Assembly: GCF_006345805.1 (NCBI RefSeq)
Contig: NW_021836035.1
Location: 1-26,514 of the forward strand
Direction: 5' to 3'
DNA: 26,514 nucleotides
Origin: Octopus sinensis
Taxonomy: Eukaryota
Below the pieces are notes generated by a model, which did not search any database, was not told the origin of the DNA, and saw nothing but the letters and a program-made list of their open reading frames with translations. Both the position numbers and the translations under genes were made by a program. Shown in pieces: positions 23,293 through 26,514 of this stretch; position 1 is the stretch's first letter; every line of letters starts with the position of its first letter.

Positions 23293-23328
<36 letters not shown>

Positions 23329-24282
23329 GTATGAATATATGTATGTGTATATATGTATATTTTTATGTATACACACATATATATATGTACTTATATGTTT
23401 ATAAATCTATATATTCTTGCGTTATGTTTGCACATGCATACATGTATCTATCTATCAGTATACATACATATGCATACTTATATATACACATATATATATA
23501 TATACGCATATATATATACACATATATACATATATAAATAGTTGTAAAGGTATGTATGTGTGCGTATGTTTGTACATATATATATGTATATATATTCGCA
23601 TATGTACATATATACTTATATATATGTGTGTGTATCTATACACACAAATGAGTGTGTGTGTGTGTGTGCGTGTGTGTGTGTGTTTATTATGTATGTATCT
23701 ATGTGTGTGTATCGATGTATGGGTATACGAAAATACTCGTGTGCACGCGAGTGTGTGCATATATAATAGGTCTTGTTTAAAACGAAATCCAGCCTGCTTG
23801 AAATATGGCCATTTTGTTTTTGAAAGTTGAGACCCCCTGTGATGTGGAAGTCCTAAAATCTCAGCTAAACGGATCTCTACCACGTGTTCTCTTTGAAATG
23901 TGTTAGGGAATTCTTGAAGAATTGGGACGTGTTGCAATGATGTTCAATAAAGTTGTTGTTGAGTTTTACAAGTCACCATTGTGGTCGCCGTCGTCGCCGT
24001 CATGGTCGTTGTTATCATCGTCATCATCATCATCATCAACAACAACAACAACAACAACAACAACAAACACAATAACAACAATAGCAGCAGCAGCAGCTAC
24101 AGTATCACCAACAATAACAGCAACAACAGCAACAATATCATCATGATCAGTGCGATGGAATTAGAAAAATTTTGGCGACTGTTAGAAAGAAATCTGAAAC
24201 TGCAGTTGCCGAATACTTAGGATATGTCCCTCGAGTGTCTGTCCTCCGTAAGACTGTACATTTGTTAAAACAACAACCACAC

Positions 24283-24316
<34 letters not shown>

Positions 24317-24326
24317 ACACCACCAC

Positions 24327-24381
<55 letters not shown>

Positions 24382-24470
24382 TTATATATACATATACATA
24401 CACATGCAGAGTGAGAAAGAGACAGGGAAAGAAAGCGAGCGAGAGGGAGAGAAAGAGAGAAAGTGAGAGG
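21861..24470. repeat. Low-complexity zone of (TA)n, (CA)n, (TG)n, (TATG)n, (CAA)n and (GA)n tracts with short unique islands
   Basis: Directly visible; accounts for the many Y/I/V/C/H/T ORFs. Confidence 0.9.
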
Positions 24471-25002
24471 GAGCGATGGACAAGCAGTAAAAATGCGTAA
24501 TGAATAATTTATTATAGTTGAGTTTGTTTACTTGTTCGTAGTCGATGACTTATTTGCTACTTAAGAGTTCTTCGTTTGTTTGTTACGCGATCCTTCAAAT
24601 AAAACTATTAAAATTTGAAATATCCTAAAACATTACAAATTCATACCAAAACGAATAGAAACTAGTTGACAGCAAATATTTTGAAGTATTATAAACCAAA
24701 TTATATTTGTATGTGCGTGTATGATATATGAGAAGACGGCATAATGCACCCGTTTATTCCTTCGGAATTAAGAATATGCAGTCTTCGAAACATGTGTCGA
24801 GAATAAAGGAATTTTGTTAAATCGTCGTTCGACTCCATTCTTTCATTTATCTATAGTAAAAATACACACAAATTTCCACACGAAAGCACATGATTTCTGC
24901 CCTTGGCATATAGCTTCAACCGTGCTTTCTGACGTAAATTTGCTACCCGGGTATCGGTTAACCGAATTATCCATACTAGGATAATTCATTCAACTACTTA
25001 AA

Positions 25003-25055
<53 letters not shown>

Positions 25056-25056
<1 letters not shown>

Positions 25057-25297
25057 ACGTAAAGTATACTAGCCATCTCATGTGGCTAACCACTAAGGGT
25101 GGGTGTTACTGTAGCTTTTAGCCCCAGGATCATCGTCTCCAGCTGGCTTTAGGCACACTTTCTGTGCCCTTATGATATTTGCAAAGGGCACAGAAAGTGT
25201 GCCTAAAGCCAGCTGAACGATGATCTCTTGGGGCTAAAAGCTACAGTAAACCACCCTTAGTTGTTAGCCACATGAGATGGCTAGTATACTTTACGTT
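25056..25297. repeat. 242 bp foldback palindrome (arms 25056-25171 and 25184-25297, 12 nt loop), MITE-like
   Basis: The arms are reverse complements except for one mismatch and three ~2 nt indels. Confidence 0.95.
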
Positions 25298-25396
25298 GTC
25301 GAGCAGTTACTGTTTACATCTCGTTCAGAGATTTATTATTGCTTATATATATATATATTATATATATATATATATTATATATATATATAATATATA

Positions 25397-25740
25397 CATT
25401 CCAGGTTGACCAAAATGTAGCAGGACTGGTGCTATCAAGATTAACTACAACTCTTATGAATTCGGTATTAAATTTCCTTCGAAATAGTCCCCTTCTGAAG
25501 CCACCTACCTGATTCACCACCGTTTCCATTTATGGAAGAATTCATGGAACTCCTTTTGGTGGGACAAATCTCGTTCCTATCAAATTAGATTTCATATTTG
25601 CTTTGGTTTCGGGTTCTTGGCCAAAGACTCACGATTCGTCACCTATTATGACCGTTTTCAAAAAGTTTAATGGTGTCTTTCTCGACACAATCAAGGATAT
25701 CTTGAGCGGCTGCAGCCATCTCTTCTTTTTGAGACGCCCA
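25397..25740 (-). pseudogene. Internally deleted mariner remnant (irritans/Himar-Hsmar2-like) with 3' terminal repeat
   Basis: Minus strand AQDILDCVEKD../NFLKTVIIGDES*VFGQEPETKA (first catalytic Asp at 25640-25638), then a jump to EFHEFFHKWKRW..VASEGDYFEG and a TIR-like CCAGTCCTGCTACATTTTGGTCAACC end next to (TA)n. Confidence 0.8.
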
Positions 25741-25892
25741 CACTCTACTCTATTTACTTTCAAGCACTGCTAAGATCAACGAAGTGAACGAGAACGTCAT
25801 AACTAACTGCCCTTGCGTGACAGATTTTAAGATCAATCTGTACCAAAACGGATTCATCTGCGTACGTTATCTCCGTTACATTGTAATCCAAT

Positions 25893-26352
25893 CTAACCTG
25901 AATGTATAGTCTATAACGCCTTAGACTGCGGTGAACGTCCTGAAAAATCATTTCATGTAGACGGCAAAAGCTAAAAAACTTTCGAAATCCTATATCGGTT
26001 GATTTAACTTCTGTATCTTGTAGTTTCTGTATCTTGTGGTTTCATTGTATTGCGAATCATTTAACAGCAGGACGCCAGATACCGAATACCAGTGAGAAAA
26101 TCAGACGAAGCTATATAGAATATATACAGACCAAGCTGTCAGTGATGTCACGAGAAGCTGGCAGGCTGTATATAAATTAGCTATTAACGAAGGGAGCAGC
26201 CATCGTAACGAAAATTAATCAACCGGTGCTAACGAAATTTAGTCAGCAGATAGTATCTCGAGGCAGTTTAGCATTTGATGTCTACATGAAAAGACTTTTT
26301 AGGACGTTCACCGCAACTTACGGCGTCATGAACATCATATCTACTTTAGGTT
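25893..26352. mobile_element. Degenerate inverted-repeat (MITE-like) element
   Basis: 25916-25962 is the reverse complement of 26280-26326 at 40/47 positions; weaker similarity extends inward (~26010/~26215) and outward. The ends are approximate. Confidence 0.6.
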
Positions 26353-26447
26353 GTAAATGCTAATTTATATGTATGGGAGTGTGTATACACACACATAAAC
26401 ACATACACACACACACACAGATACCATACACAGGAACACATACATCT

Positions 26448-26514
26448 TTTATCTTTTATTTTTTACTGGTTTCAGTCAATAGGCTACGGCCATGCTGGGG
26501 CACTACTTTAAAGG
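26448..26514 (-). mobile_element. Retroposon 3' tail ending in (TAAAAGA)-type repeats; runs off the window
   Basis: Reverse complement GTGCCCCAGCATGGCCGTAGCCTATTGACTGAAACCAGTAAAAAAATAAAAGATAAAAGA matches the tail at 538-590 and 11713-11768. Confidence 0.75.

Noticed and set aside
24130-24270. Protein-like frame GIRKILATVRKKSETAVAEYLGYVPRVSVL followed by GTAAGA
   Set aside because: No polypyrimidine acceptor, flanked by microsatellites, and no recognisable family.
24753-24807. TTTATTC..AAGA/TCTT-CGAAACATGTGTC..GAATAAA hammerhead-like arrangement
   Set aside because: The stems are suggestive but the CUGANGA core is missing; at most a decayed relic.
25930-25960. SGRSPQS reading as the mariner RSGRP motif
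   Set aside because: This sequence is one arm of the separate inverted-repeat element (partner at 26280-26326), so the match is probably coincidental.

Overview
Gene-poor, repeat-dominated eukaryotic DNA. The SINE families and the extreme microsatellite density look like an octopus (coleoid cephalopod) genome; this is recognition, not a search result. I find no intact host protein-coding gene, and nearly all long ORFs in the track are microsatellite translations. Supported content: at least four tRNA-derived SINE types (four copies have clear 11-12 bp target-site duplications), two non-autonomous Helitrons, three dead Tc1/mariner-superfamily transposase remnants of different lineages, L1/Tx1-like LINE ORF1 and ORF2 fragments, a 1.6 kb TACA/TACG array, and two tandem duplications (~3.1 kb and ~820 bp) that may be assembly artefacts. 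The most interesting signals are a variant minimal hammerhead-ribozyme-like motif in a Penelope-like remnant (19253-19290), a 242 bp foldback palindrome (25056-25297), SINEs that mix shared 5' and 3' modules, and a second, degenerate inverted-repeat element (~25.9-26.35 kb).
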